The notes: generated by a model not told the origin, from the letters alone. A DNA stretch of 64,000 bases from Eledone cirrhosa (GCA_964016885.1 OZ024741.1:228718001-228782000); one strand, 5' to 3'; counted from the first letter of the stretch, positions 24,558 through 39,001 are shown. Numbers and translations are program-made.

Positions 24558-25132
24558 AGGGATAAACACTGATACAAGTATACATGGGTTCGCATTGCAA
24601 ATGACCAAGTTAGCTAGGTTGAAAAATACTAATTAAAATAATACGGTTTGCCTGTCTCGATTTAAAATAATAAATCAATAAAAACAAACCTATATAGGCA
24701 ATAGCCGTGATACCGGGACAAATTTTAAATTTATTTCGGATACGTTGAGTTAATTTTTAGTCCCATAAAACCGGCTGATATTTTTAGCGGCACCAATATA
24801 GGACGAGCTAGGCGCTGGGACACATGTGCGTTCAACAACACGGTTCTCTCAGTCTTCTTAAGTATTTTGAAGTGAAACTTACCAATTCTGGATACCTGAA
24901 GAAGAGCACAGGAATGGGAACTTTCACTTAATTGTTGCGAAACAAATTTAAAATTTAAAATTTAAAATTTGTCCAGGTATCACGGCTATTGCGAATATAG
25001 GTTTGTTTTTATTGATTTATTATTTTAAATCGAAACAGGCAAACCGTAAAATTTTAATTAGTATTTTTCAATCTAGGTAACTTGGTCATTTGCAATGCGA
25101 ACACATGCATATTTGTGTCAGTGTTTGTCCCT
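24558..25132. mobile_element. Inverted pLTR-like pair with degenerate hammerhead
   Basis: 24558-24738 and 24938-25132 are inverted repeats; GATACCTGAAGA...CGAAACAAATTT...AAATTTGTCCAGGTATC at about 24892-24980. Confidence 0.65.
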
Positions 25133-25177
25133 ATCATATTCATTTGTATATATATATATATAGAGAGAGAAATATAT

Positions 25178-26210
<1,033 letters not shown>

Positions 26211-26212
26211 AA

Positions 26213-27052
26213 AGCTTCACGGCACAGGCATTGCTTTATATCTGGGGATCTCTGCACTTGTCGTCACATGGTACCATGGGCCCAGCACTATGTGTCAATA
26301 ATTGTCACATGTGTAGTGTTTGTACCAGAGTTTTCAAGTCGCTGGCTGGACTAAAAAGTCACACTCGTTCAGCGCATCGGTAGGGGTTCTCCTACATGGA
26401 TATAAAGTAGTGGCCGTACTCGAAAACGAGTTGGCAGCCAGCATGTATGTATGTATGTATGTATGGTAACATGTATTCCAGTACAACCTGTCTCATGGTC
26501 GGGTCGTTGGCGACTAAACTGGCAACCCCACCAAGGTTTCTTGGTGAGGAGGGTGACTTTGGACATCCTGCAGGACTAAAAACAAAACCTGTCAAAGGGC
26601 AAAGGAGCTCTTAAGAGTCAATGGCCATCCAAAATCACCGGGAGAGATGACCCCTTAGCCTTTGTCAAGGCCAAATTCTAGGAGAAGGAAAACTCTGATA
26701 TAACACCTGCAACCCTGATGGTATCCAATGATGTTGACTTGTTATTCTTTTTGGTAAATATCATCTTGGTTAAGAAAGTCGGACTGGCTTTGTGCAGTGC
26801 CTTTTCTCACTATAAAAGCTTTACGGCACAGGCATTGTTTTATATCTGAAGATCTCTCTGCACTTGTCGTCACATGGTACCATGGGCCCAGCACTATGTG
26901 TCAATAATTGTCACAAGTGTAGTGTTTGTACCAGAGTTTTCAAGTCGCTGGCTGGACTAAAAAGTCACACTCGTTCAGCGCATCGGTAGGGGTTCTCCTA
27001 CATGGATATAAAGTAGTGGCCGTACTCGAAAACGAGTTGGCAGCCACCATGT
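26213..27052 (+). mobile_element. Head-to-tail pair of the ~600-bp RTE-related retroposon
   Basis: 3' fragment 26213-26445 + (TATG)n + longer copy 26465-27052. Confidence 0.75.
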
Positions 27053-27091
27053 ATATATATGTCACTCTTGTGTATGTATATATATATATAT

Positions 27092-27703
27092 GTCGGGTCA
27101 CTCTTGAGTGCTACTGGTAGCATGTAGCCCAGTACAATCTGTCACATGGTCGGGTCATCGGCGACTAAACCGGCAACCCCACCAAGTTTACTTGGTGAGG
27201 AGGGAGATTTTGGATACCCGGCAGAACAAAAAAACAAAACCTGACAAAGGGTGGAAGAACACATAAGAGTCAACGGCCATACATAAGTGGATAAATATGT
27301 ATATACACAAATACATATGTATGTAAATGTGTATATACATGGTTGCATGTGTGTGTATATGCGCGGGGATACAGAAATAGTTGGGTTGGACACTGATCGC
27401 GCGGTTAAACTACTGGGAGTGAAGGACCCCTAGCCTTTGTCAGGGCATTCTTCTAGGAGAAGGCAACTCAGGAAACTAGGATATGTCCGATATAAAACGC
27501 GCGACTCAGTAGTTACCGATGATGTTGATCTTTCCTTCTTTTCGGGTTATAGCTACTGTCACTTAGAGAGTGGGATTGGCTCAGTGCACAGTCTTTCCTC
27601 ACTTTAAAAAATATCTTGACGCACAGGCATTGCACGATAGAATTATTTAATTATTATTAGTAATGGTATATCGGTCAATGGCCATACTCGATGAGGGGCA
27701 GCC

Positions 27704-27708
<5 letters not shown>
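27092..27708 (+). mobile_element. RTE-related retroposon subfamily 2 (5' part 27092-27280, 3' part 27420-27708)
   Basis: Shares GGCGACTAAAC.GGCAACCCCACCAAG and CTAGGAGAAGG.AACTC with the family above; ends GGCAGCCATGATG. Confidence 0.6.
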
Positions 27709-27791
<83 letters not shown>

Positions 27792-27834
27792 CATATACAT
27801 ATGTATACACACATACATACATATATGTATATAT

Positions 27835-27932
27835 GTTAACTTTGCCTTTCATCCTTACGTGATCGATAAAATAAAGTACCAGTAATGCACTGGTAATTGC
27901 TGGCCTTGTGCCAAAAGTAGAAACAATTATTT
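27835..27932 (+). mobile_element. 3' half of SINE family 1
   Basis: GTTAACTTTGCCTTTCATCC...AGAAACAATTATT. Confidence 0.8.
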
Positions 27933-28141
27933 ATTAGAAAGTGAGTTTTTTACAAAATGGAAAAAAAAACGAGGTGTCCTGCACGAATGAAAGTATGAGG
28001 AAAAAAGAAGAAATCAAAAATACAACTGATGTCTTTTTTTATAAAAATATATAATTATTTGGTTCCTTTACCGGTTTCGCAGTTCTTCTGTTTTACAAAA
28101 GTAGAATTGAGATGGAGGGTTTGTGGTTTGTCTCACATTTT

Positions 28142-28180
<39 letters not shown>

Positions 28181-28230
28181 TAGGAAACATCACGATCATC
28201 GGAGGTGTATTGAAAAAAAAAATGGAACTA

Positions 28231-28280
<50 letters not shown>

Positions 28281-28284
<4 letters not shown>

Positions 28285-28944
28285 GGAAAAAATGAAACGA
28301 AATTTCATTTCCCACTCTTAGTACGGCTGTTACTTAAATATAAGTATGTACACGTACACTGGACACTACAGCTTAATACGGGATGTTTGTTTACAAACAC
28401 ACCGAGCATTATAATAAATGTTCGGTGAATCCATACGTACATATATATATGTGTGCATGTATGTATACATATATACATACTACTGTACGTCTGTATACAT
28501 ATATGTATGTACGTGTACATACTTATATTTAAGTAACAGCCGTACTAAGAGTGGGAAATGAAATTTCGTTTCATTTTTTCCGTTTATCGTTTTCGGTGCA
28601 CCCGGCCGATTAACCCACTCGATATGCAAATTGGGCTACTCAGCCGTTAATATGCATAAGGTAAGTATATACGTTCAACAATCTGGCAGGAAGGTATACG
28701 TTGCTGATGATAGCTAATAAGCTTGAAACTAGTACAGCGTTCCTTTGTCAGTGTTGAACAAACGAGCAACGATGGTTGCTGGACACTACGACTTAATACG
28801 GGATGTTTGTTTACAAACACACCGAGCATTATAATAAATGTTCAATGAATCCATACGTACATATATATATGTGTGCATGTATGTATACATATATACATAC
28901 TACTGTACGTCTGTATACATATATGTATGTACGTGTACATACTT
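28281..28944 (+). mobile_element. Retrozyme-like element: 1.4 tandem copies of a 420-nt unit plus short inverted end
   Basis: 28359-28524 repeats exactly 420 nt later at 28779-28944; 28281-28358 is an inverted piece; no ORF; hammerhead at 28698-28740. Confidence 0.85.
28698..28740 (+). ncRNA. Minimal type I hammerhead ribozyme motif
   Basis: ACGTTG-CTGATGA-T-AGCT/AATA/AGCT-T-GAAA-CTAG-TA-CAGCGT; palindromic ACTAGT stem III; GUA site. Confidence 0.82.
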
Positions 28945-29041
28945 ATATATATATATATATACATATATACACACACACAGATATATGCATATATGTATTA
29001 TATATATATGAATGAATATATATATATATATATATTTATAC

Positions 29042-29123
<82 letters not shown>

Positions 29124-31513
29124 GGGGCGGAACAAGCTAAAACATTCTGGAGAGGAATATGGGAGCAGGATGTTAGACACAATGCCCCGGCAGGGTGGAT
29201 TGAGACAGTACAGAGGGAGATCGGTGAGCAGGCACAGCAACAGACTGATTTGAGTATCACAGTTGAAACTCTTAAGGGGCAAGCCAAAAAACTAACCAAC
29301 TGGAAATCACCAGGCCCAGATGGTGTGCAGGGGTATTGGATTAAACATTTAACATCCCTCCACCCGAAGCTGACGGCCATGTTCAATGACTGCTTAGTGT
29401 CGGGTGAGGTGCCAGAGTGGTTGACAAAAGGTACCACAGTTCTGATAATGAAAGACCGAATCAAGGGTAATGATGTTACCAACTATAGACCTATCACATG
29501 TCTGCCCGTAATGTGGAAACTGTTGACGAGCATTGTGTCTGAGGAAATCTACCATCACCTCCACACAAACAACTTGTTGCCGGACGAACAGAAAGGATGC
29601 CGAAAGAAGTCACGTGGTACAAAGGACCAGTTGCTTATTGATAAGATGGTAATGGGGAATTGCAGGAGGAGACACACTGATCTTGCCATGGGATGGATAG
29701 ACTACAGAAAGGCATTTGACATGGTGCCTCATTCCTGGATCACCAAAAGCCTGGAGATCTTCAGGGTGGCAGATAACATCAGACAGTTGCTGGGCAGGAG
29801 TATGGGGTCCTGGGAGACAGAGTTGACATCAACTGGAGTATCCTTGGGAAGCGTGAAGATCAAGAGAGGTATCTTCCAGGGAGATAGCCTGTTCCCTCTG
29901 TTCTTTGTCCTTGCCCTGATGCCCTTGACCATTATGCTGCGAAAAGTGAGAGCAGGATACAAGTTGGGAAGGGGAGAGCTTACCATCAATCACCTCCTCT
30001 TCATGGACGATCTTAAGCTCTTCGGGAAAAGTGAGAAGGAGTTGGATGTGCTTGTTGACACTGTCCGTATTTTCAGCAGTGATATATGTATGCAGTTTGG
30101 TATTGGTAAATGTGGAGTCATTGTGATGAGGAGGGGTAGGTTGAGCAGAAGTAACGGGATCCAGATACCAACAGGTGAGATGATAAAGGAAATTGACTCT
30201 GAGGAAGGATACAAGTATTTGGGCGTTCTGGAGGCTGATGGCATAAAGAACAAAAAAATGAAGGAATTGTTAAGAACTGAATACATTCGGAGAGTAAGGA
30301 GCGTATTGAAGTCACATCTGAACAGCAGAAATGCCATAAGCGCAGTAAATTCCCGAGCTGTGTCTATTATTAGGTACAGTGCGGGAATTCTGAGATGGAA
30401 TGTTGCTGAACAAAAAGAAATGGATAGGAAGACTAGGAAGCTATTGACTATCTACAACATGTTCCACAAGAGGAGTGATGTCGATAGACTCTACCTAAGG
30501 AGATCTGAGGGTGGAAGAGGTCTTATCAGCATAGAGGACTGTGTTCAGATGGAGAAAAACAACCTATACAAATACGTGACCTATAGTAAGGAGCCAATGC
30601 TCAGAGCTGTACTGAAGGAGGGGACAGTAGGCCAGGGGATACCCAAGGAGGAAATAACATCAAGGAGGAAGAGCAGCCTTAAGGGAAAATCCCTTCATAG
30701 TACCTTCTTTGAGAAAACTGAATTTAGAGATCCACAGACATGGAACTGGTTGAGAAGAGGTGACCTCAAAAAGGCTACAGAAGGAATGCTAATGGCTGCG
30801 CAGGAGCAGGCCCTCAAAACGAAGTGGTTGAAGCACCATATCTACAAGGAGGAGGCTAGCCCACTGTGCAGGATCTGTGGAGAGAGAGGGGAGACTGTGG
30901 CTCACATTGTGTCCGAGTGTAAACACCTAGCCCAGACCCGCTATAAGGGCTGGAGACACGATGTGATGGGCAGGGTGATCCACTGGCACCTGTGCAAAGT
31001 AAACAATCTACCACATTCTGAGAAATGGTATGAGCATAGGCCAGAGGCGGTGATGGAGAACAGTCAGGTGAAGGTGCTGTGGGATTTTAGGATACAGACG
31101 GACAAAAAACTGGAACACAATAGACCTGACCTGGTGGTTGTGGACAAAGAAAAAAGATCGTGCCTGATTGTGGATGTGGCCTGCCCGTTCGACACGAGAG
31201 TGCAAGAGAAAGAGAGGGAGAAAATTAACCGATACCAGGACCTAAAGTGGGAGGTGAAAAGGATTTGGAACTGCCATGAAGTCAAAGTGATCCCGATTGT
31301 CATAGGCGCACTGGGGACTATCTCCAAAGGTTTCCAGGGATGGTTAAAGAAAATCGGCCCCTTCACGCTTTTTGGAACGCTTCAAAAGGCATGCTTGCTT
31401 GGAACGGCAAGAACCCTCCGATACGTCCTGAATATCTGAGGCTGCAGGTAGTGGCTTGATATTCAATCCAACGGACTTTCCAGTTAACCAACATCAATGA
31501 CTGAGATTCAAGG
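29124..31513 (+). mobile_element. R4/Dong-clade non-LTR retrotransposon, family A, copy 1 (5'-truncated)
   Basis: Flanked by (AAT)n at 29046-29123 and 31514-31549; uninterrupted ORF; 3' UTR ends GAGATTCAAGG. Confidence 0.92.
29250..31439 (+). CDS. Reverse transcriptase + CCHC finger + restriction-like endonuclease (N-terminally truncated)
   Basis: KSPGPDG, NYRPITCL, WIDYRKAFD, GIFQGDSL, LFMDDLK, CRIC...H...C, RHD, RPDL..D, EKINRY; frame is open from 29124. Confidence 0.92.
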   Translation: MSITVETLKGQAKKLTNWKSPGPDGVQGYWIKHLTSLHPKLTAMFNDCLVSGEVPEWLTKGTTVLIMKDRIKGNDVTNYRPITCLPVMWKLLTSIVSEEIYHHLHTNNLLPDEQKGCRKKSRGTKDQLLIDKMVMGNCRRRHTDLAMGWIDYRKAFDMVPHSWITKSLEIFRVADNIRQLLGRSMGSWETELTSTGVSLGSVKIKRGIFQGDSLFPLFFVLALMPLTIMLRKVRAGYKLGRGELTINHLLFMDDLKLFGKSEKELDVLVDTVRIFSSDICMQFGIGKCGVIVMRRGRLSRSNGIQIPTGEMIKEIDSEEGYKYLGVLEADGIKNKKMKELLRTEYIRRVRSVLKSHLNSRNAISAVNSRAVSIIRYSAGILRWNVAEQKEMDRKTRKLLTIYNMFHKRSDVDRLYLRRSEGGRGLISIEDCVQMEKNNLYKYVTYSKEPMLRAVLKEGTVGQGIPKEEITSRRKSSLKGKSLHSTFFEKTEFRDPQTWNWLRRGDLKKATEGMLMAAQEQALKTKWLKHHIYKEEASPLCRICGERGETVAHIVSECKHLAQTRYKGWRHDVMGRVIHWHLCKVNNLPHSEKWYEHRPEAVMENSQVKVLWDFRIQTDKKLEHNRPDLVVVDKEKRSCLIVDVACPFDTRVQEKEREKINRYQDLKWEVKRIWNCHEVKVIPIVIGALGTISKGFQGWLKKIGPFTLFGTLQKACLLGTARTLRYVLNI

Positions 31514-31548
31514 AATAACAATAACAATAATAATAATAATAATAATAA

Positions 31549-34500
31549 TATCGTAAATGATAAAGAAATGAATGAGAATGAACTTGCCAACTTGAAGGAT
31601 GAAATTATGATCGAATGGATGAAAATGAAAGAATCTGACATGGGGGAACGAGACACCCTCCCTAAGATCCAGAACTCCAAACAGAACCAAAAGATAATAC
31701 ACAAGACTAACATAATTCTCAAAAACATTATCATCACAAACAAACTAAACATTACTGACTTAAATCATCTCTATTATGCATCGGCTAAAGTCACCACTCA
31801 CTTATGTGGAGTGAAGATGAAAAAACAAAGGAATTCCCACAAGAAATCTACTTGGCAAGATAACATCAATCGCCAAATAAACCTTCTCCGATCTGACATA
31901 GAAATTTTAACAAACTATAAAGTTGGTGAACATGTTAAACAAACTAAACTTAGAAAATTGAAAAAAAAGTACAGTATAAGATCAACATGTGACATAGACA
32001 TGCTGATAGAAACAATCAAGCAAAAAGTGTCGGCCAAAGCTGCTCGTATAAGGCGCTTTGAAAAACGATCTAGATTCTATAAGGACAATAATATGTTCAA
32101 AAACAACCAAAGAAACTTCTACAGAAAAATTGGTAAGTCAACAATAACTGCTAAATCAATACCACCCAAGGAGGAAGTGCAAGAATCCTGCGAAAAGATC
32201 TGAACCGAAGAAAAAGTTCATAACATACATGCCCCATGGATAGACAGACAAATGAAAGAAACAGCTCACCTTGAAGAACAAACATGGGAAAATATAACAG
32301 TTGAACAGCTGCGCTTGGCTCTAAGAAAAATCAGCAAATGGAAATCCCCAGGAAAAGACAAAATACAAAACTTTTGGATAAATGCCTTCACAGAGTCTCA
32401 TGAGCTGTTAGCCCAACTTTACAATGAAATAGTTAAGGAGCCAGAAAAGATACCATCATGGCTAGTTAACGGCATTACATTCCTGCTACCGAAGAATGAT
32501 GAGACAAACAATCCCAAAAATTACAGACCGATAACCTGCTTGACCACAATGTATAAAATTTTAACATCAGTCCTAACTGAATACACATATGACCACCTGA
32601 TAACAAATGACCTATTTCCCATTGAGCAGAAAGGGTGTAAACGAGGCTCATATGGCTGTAAGGATCAGCTTCTGGTTAACAAAATGATACTGGAAGATTG
32701 TCATAATAGACACAAAAATCTATCGATTGCTTGGATAGATTATAAAAAAGCATTTGATAGTTTGCCACACAGTTGGATTGAAAAATGTTTAGAGATTTTC
32801 AAAATATCCCCCGTTGTCAGGAGGTTTTTGTCATTCAGTATGAGGACATGGAGAACGACACTCCTTTTGATTAGTGAAACAAAATCACTGGAAGCTGGAG
32901 AAGTTAACATTAATTGTGGAATTTTTCAGGGTGACTCTTTATCACCGCTTTTATTCTGCATCGCGCTTATACCATTAAGTAAAATGCTCAATGAAACAAA
33001 ACATGGATATAGAGTCTATGACAAAACCATTAATCACCTGTTCTACATGGATGACCTGAAACTATTTGCAAAAAATGATGAACAATTGCAAGGGCTATTA
33101 TCCACTGTGAAGCAGTTCAGTGATGACATTAAAATGGAGTTTGGACTGGATGAATGCGCCAAAGCAACGTTCACCAGAGGAAAGCTGCTGAAGAGTTCAG
33201 ACATTAATCTTGATCGGGGGAACGTGATAAGAGAGCTTGATCAAGAACAAACTTACAAATATCTAGGTGTTTGTGAAGGAGACGGAATCAAGCACTCGAC
33301 AATGAGGGAAAGGATAAGGAAGGAATGTTACCGCAGAGTCAGAGCAATCTTAAGAACGGAATTGAATGCAAGGAATAGGATCGATGCCATAAACACGCTT
33401 GCCATACCAGTAGTAACCTACAGTTACAATGTTATCAACTGGTCAAGCACAGAGATCCGTAGGCTCGATACAAAAATCCGAAAATTCTTAACCATGCACA
33501 GAATGCATCACCCTAAGGCAGACATAGATAGAATATATCTCCCTAGGAAAGATGGAGGACGTGGGTTAATCCAGTTAGACATTGCGTTGAAAACTGCAAC
33601 AATTGGATTATCCACATATCTAAGGGAATCACATGATTGGATGATGAAACTCGTTTTGAAACACGAAAGCACCAAAAGATCATATTCCATTACAAAAGAT
33701 GCACAAAGATACAGTAATGGACTACAAATTTCAGAAGTCCCATTTACTGCTGAAATGGAAAACACAGAAAAAGCAAAGCAGGTAAAAGTAACTGCAAAGA
33801 AAGAACTGCTACAGAAACTGGCTAAGAAATGGCAAGAAAAGCCTCTGTATGGAAAATACCCAGAGCGAGCTAACAATCCTGATGTTGACAAAACTTTAAC
33901 CCATCAGTGGTTGGCATCCTCTGGACTGAAATCGGAGACTGAAGGACTGATTATATCCGCACAAGATCAGTGTCTGCCAACAAAAAATTACCAAGCCAAC
34001 ATAATAAAAAATGGGTGCAGCCCATTATGCCGTGTATGCAAAAAACAACCAGAGACCATTGACCATATAATTTCAATGTGCTGTCCTATAGTTCCAACCG
34101 AATACCTAAACAGGCATGACAGAGCTGCACAATACATACATTGGATAATGTGTAAGCATTTTGACCTGCCCCATCAAAAGAATTGGTGGGAGCATCAACC
34201 ACCTCCCATACTTGAAAAAGATCACATCTCAATCTTGTGGAACTTTAGCATCCAAACAGACCGAAAAATAGATGCAAACAGACCTGATATAATATTGAAA
34301 GACTTTCAAAAGAGGGTATGCCTGCTAATTGATATGTCTGTTCCAATAGACAAGAATGTATCTATAAAAACATTTGAAAAATTGAGCAAGTATAAGGACC
34401 TGGAGATAGAAATTGGAAAAATGTGGAAATTGAGAACTAAAACAATACCAGTGGTTGTAGGCGCTCTGGGAATGATACCTAAGGGGTCTAATGATTACTT

Positions 34501-34737
34501 ATCGCAAATCCCAGGAAACCCGCGTATAGGAGAAATACAAAAGATAGTACTAATGGGAACTGCCCATATACTAAGGAAGATTCTGTCAATATAAGTACAT
34601 CACAAGTCTAAACACTAAAGATGCATGTGTGAATATGTATGTTCTTTCTTGAACATGGCGGACCTTGTTGTCTCTTGAGGTCACTGGTTGTGACTTGGTG
34701 ATAACTCGTATGAACATAAAGCAAGATAAATGCAACT

Positions 34738-34739
<2 letters not shown>
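31549..34739 (+). mobile_element. R4/Dong-clade element, family B, copy 1 (5'-truncated, one nonsense codon)
   Basis: ORFs 31568-32203 and 32252-34594 are in one frame separated by TGA (TGG in copy at 48948); YMDD RT, CRVC/H/C finger, RPDI..D..EKLSKY; followed by (AAT)n 34740-34775. Confidence 0.92.
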
Positions 34740-34775
<36 letters not shown>

Positions 34776-34776
<1 letters not shown>

Positions 34777-35165
34777 TTTTCTTTATTAACCACAAGGGTT
34801 TACATAAAGTAGACATTAAGGACAGTACAGGACAATACAGGACGGTACAAATGGGCATTTCTGCGTGTAAAAAACAAAAACAGAGGATGTAATAAAAATA
34901 ACAATGAAAAATTCCCCAATAGGGGGAGACTTCGGAGGGACATTTGTGGAGAAAGTCCATTAAAAGGCCACAGTGACCCTGACCACCAGGGCAAGTGCTC
35001 TCTCCCAGTTTTCCACCTTTAATTTACAGACACATACTCGGGCCATTCTTGCTTCTCTCACCCATCTTTCAACAAAATGCTGGGAAGAGACCACTTCCCT
35101 CTCTACCCTGATTTTCATTTTCAAATGAAATTTGAAAAAGTTAATCAGGGCATCACCGAAGAGGT
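34776..35165 (-). mobile_element. 3' fragment of a Tx1-clade LINE
   Basis: Homologous to 41330-41790 (TTTCTTTATT..CCACAAGGG, AAAATT.CCCCAATAGGGGG, CCCTGACCACCAGGGCAAG, CCCTGATTTTC.T.TTCAA). Confidence 0.75.
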
Positions 35166-35309
35166 AATAATAATAATAAAAAAAAGAAAAGTAAAACAGA
35201 CAGACAGACAGACAAGCAAAAGAACTAAGTCAGACATTCAAACATTACTTTACAATGAAACTTATGCTTATTTTTGTTTTTTTTTACTTATTTGTTTGTT
35301 TGTTTATTT

Positions 35310-38300
35310 ATGTTCGTCTACAGCGTGATAGTGCCACACTAAAATCACCGAGGGTGATCAAATCACCGGAGTTGATGAAATCACCAGTGGTTATGTAACC
35401 ATACATTCACCAATCCTCGATAAGAGTGTTTCAATGTCGAACCTAAACAGTTCGAATAACGGTGAAGTGGAGACTGGAATGTCATGTAACAGACTCTCAC
35501 CCAGCAGGTACTCCCTGGCTCAGCAGCAGGGACCTGGCTGTCAACCAAATAGTGCTGGTGTCGGAGGAAGAAGAAGGAAATGGACCAGAACCAACTGGAC
35601 GAAAGAATTGAATAGAACTGTTATGCAATGTTACCTGAAGTGTCACCCCAAGGAAAAAGGCTATAGGAAACGGATGCATAACATCTGGAACGAGATTGGT
35701 CTATTTAAATTAGGTGAACAAAAATTGGCCGGACAGGCTCGGGTAATAAGAACTAATGGGTGGTTAAGCGAGCTGGAACTGGAGGAACTGAGCAGAGATT
35801 TTAGGTTGGAAATGGAGTGTGGAGTATGCCAGGCAAACGAGCCAGTGGGAAATGAAGGTGAAGAGGTTCAGAGAACGGAGGAACCACCCGAAGCAGACAA
35901 TGATCTGAATGCTGAAATAAATAATACCTGGAACAGGGATACGGCCATTGAGGAGATGAATGCTGACGGGCTAGGACAAGATTTGGTTGATATCCTAAAC
36001 TTAGTGGTAGATGAAATGAACAATGATAGTGGGAAACGTATGAACCTAATATTTGTAGACAGGAAAACGTTAAAAGAAACAACAGCTAAGGTAAACAAAG
36101 TCATCCCATACCTTGAGACGAGGAACCTTCACCAGTGCAACAATATCCTCAAAGCAACAGCAAATGCGGGGAGGAAATTACTTGGCATAAAAGCGAGAGG
36201 AAACAACAAACAAGAAAGATCAGAACTTTGGTGGAAGAAACGACTGAATGGTCAAATCAGGGAAATGAGAAATGACATTGGAAAGCTTGAGTCCCTACTG
36301 AATGGGACACTAAAAACATAGACACTAAAAATAGACTGGAAATAAAGTACAAAACTAGGAGGAAAAAGCTAAATATTATCATCGAGGAACTGAAGCAACG
36401 CATTGTAGCAAAGAGTGCAAAAATTAGGCGATACGAGAGCAAAGTCAGTCAGTATAGACAGAACCGCATGTTTGACAACAACCAGGAGATGCTGTTTGGA
36501 CAGCTTGAAGGGAAAGAAAGAGGCAACGACTTGATCCCTGAGGCGGAACAAACTAAAACATTCTGGAGAGGACTATGGGAGCAGGATATTAAACATAATG
36601 ACCAGGCAGTGTGACTTGAGACAGTACAAAAGGAGATTAGTGAACAGGCACACCAACAAACTGATTTGAGTATCACAGTTGAAACTCTTAAGGGGCAGGC
36701 CAAAAAACTAACCAACTGGAAATCACCAGGCCCAGATGGTGTGCAGGGGTATTGGATTAAAAATATAACATCCCTCCACCCGAAACTGACAACCATTTTC
36801 AATGACTGCTTGATGTCAGGCGAGGTACCAGAGTGGTTGACAAAAGGTACCACAGTTCTGGTAATGAAAGACCGAATCAAGGGTAATGATGTTAACAAAT
36901 ATACACCTATCCCATGTCTGTCCGTAATGTGGAAACTGTTGACAAGCATTGTGTCTGAGGAAATCTACCATCACCTCCACACAAACAACTTGTTACCGGA
37001 CGAACAGAAAGGATGCCGAAAGAAGTCCCGTGGTACAAAGGACCAGTTACTTATTGATAAGATGGTAATGAGGAATTGCAAGAGGAGACACACTGGTCTT
37101 TCCATGGTATGGATAGACTACAAAAAGGCATTCGACATGGTACCTCATTCTTGGATCACCAACAGCCTAGAGATCTTCAGGGTGACAGATAACATCAGAC
37201 AGTTGTTCAGCAAAAGTATGAAGTCCTAGAAAACAGAGTTAACATCAACTGGAGAATCCTTCGGAGGCGTGAAGATCAAGAGAGGTATCTTCCAGGGAGA
37301 TAGTCTGTCCCCTCGGTTGTTTTTCCTTGCCCTGATGCCCCTGACCATTATACTGCGAAAAGTGAGAACAGGATACAAGTTGGGAAAGGGAGAGCTTACC
37401 ATCAATCACCTCCTCTTCATGGACGATCTTAAGCTCTTCGGGAAGAGTGAGAAGGAGTTGGATGTGCTTGTTGACACTGTCCGTATTTTCAGCAATGATA
37501 TATGTATGCAATTTGGTATTAGTAATTGTGGAGTCCTTGTGATGAAGAGGGGTAAATTGAGCAGAAGCAACGGAATCCAGGTACCAACAGGTGAGCTGAT
37601 AAAGGAAATTGACAATTTAGATGTATTTGGGTGTTCTTGGAGGCTGATGACATCAAGAACAAAAAAATGAAGGAATTGATAAGATCTGAATACATTCTGA
37701 GAATAAGGAGCATATTAAAGTCACATCTGAACAGAAGGAAAGCCATAAGTGCAGTAAATTCCCGAGCTGTGTCTATTATTAGGTACAGTGCGGGAATTCT
37801 GAGATGGAATGTTGCTGAACAAAAATAAATGGATAGGAAGACTAGGAATCTATTGACTATCTACAGCATGTTCCACCAGAGGAGTGATGTCGATAGACTC
37901 TACTTAAGGAGATCTGAAGGCGGAAGATGTCTTATCAGAAAAGAGGACTGTGTTCAGATGGAGAACAACAACCTACACAAATACGTGACCGATAGTAAGG
38001 AGCCAATGCTCAGAATTGTACTGAAGGAGAGGACAATAGACCAGAGGATGTTCAAGGAGGAAATAACAACAAGGAGAAAGAGGAGCCTTCATGAAAAATC
38101 CCTTCATAGTACCTTTTTTGAGAAACCGGAATTCAGAGGTCCACAGACATGGAACTGGTTGAAAAGAGGAGACCTGAAAAAGGCTACAGAAGGAATGCTA
38201 ATGGCTGCGCAAGAGCAGGCCCTCTAAAAAAAAGTGGCTGAAACACCATATTTACAAGGAGGAGGCTAGCCCACTGTGCAGGATCTGTGGAGAGAGAGGA

Positions 38301-38920
38301 GTCTCTGGCTCACATTGTATCCAAGTGTAAACACCTAGCCCAGACTCACTATAAAGGCTGGAGACATGAAGTGATGAGCAGAGTGATCCACTGGCACCTA
38401 TGCAAAGTAAACAATTTACCACATTTTGAGAAGTGGTATGAGCATAAGCCAGAGTCGGTGATAGAAAACGATCAGGTGAAGGTGCTGTGGGATTTTAGGA
38501 TACAGACAGACAAGAAACTGGAACACAATAGACCTGCCCTGGTGGTTTTGGACAAGGAAAAAAGATCGTGCCTGATTGTGGGTGTGGCCTGCCCATTCGA
38601 CACGAGAGTGCAAGAGAAGGAGAGGGAGAAAATTAACCGATACCAGGACTTAAAGTGGGAGTTAAAAAGGATTTGGAACTGCCATGAAGTCAAGGTCGTC
38701 CCGATTGTCATAGGCGCACTAGGTACTATCTCAAGGGGTTTCCAGGGATGGTTAAAGAAGATTAGTCCAGCTCCGCTTTTGGAACACTTCAAAAGGCATG
38801 CTTGCTGGGAACAGCAAGAACTCTCCGATACGTCCTGAATATCTGAGGCTGCAGGTAGTGGCTTGATATTCATTTCAACAAACTTTCCAGTTAAATAACA
38901 TCAATGACTGAGACTCAAAG
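35310..38920 (+). pseudogene. R4/Dong-clade element, family A, copy 2 (near full-length, decayed)
   Basis: ATG at 35434, N-terminal WTKELNRTVMQCY...GYRKRMHNIW...EQKLAGQARVI domain typical of R4/Dong; RT and RLE in broken ORFs; 5' boundary approximate; (AAT)n tail 38921-39000. Confidence 0.9.
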
Positions 38921-38923
38921 AAC

Positions 38924-38998
<75 letters not shown>

Positions 38999-39001
<3 letters not shown>

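Noticed and set aside
32201-32203. Single TGA splitting Dong B1 as programmed readthrough or a two-ORF structure
   Set aside because: The paralogous copy has TGG (Trp) at 48948-48950; simple nonsense mutation.
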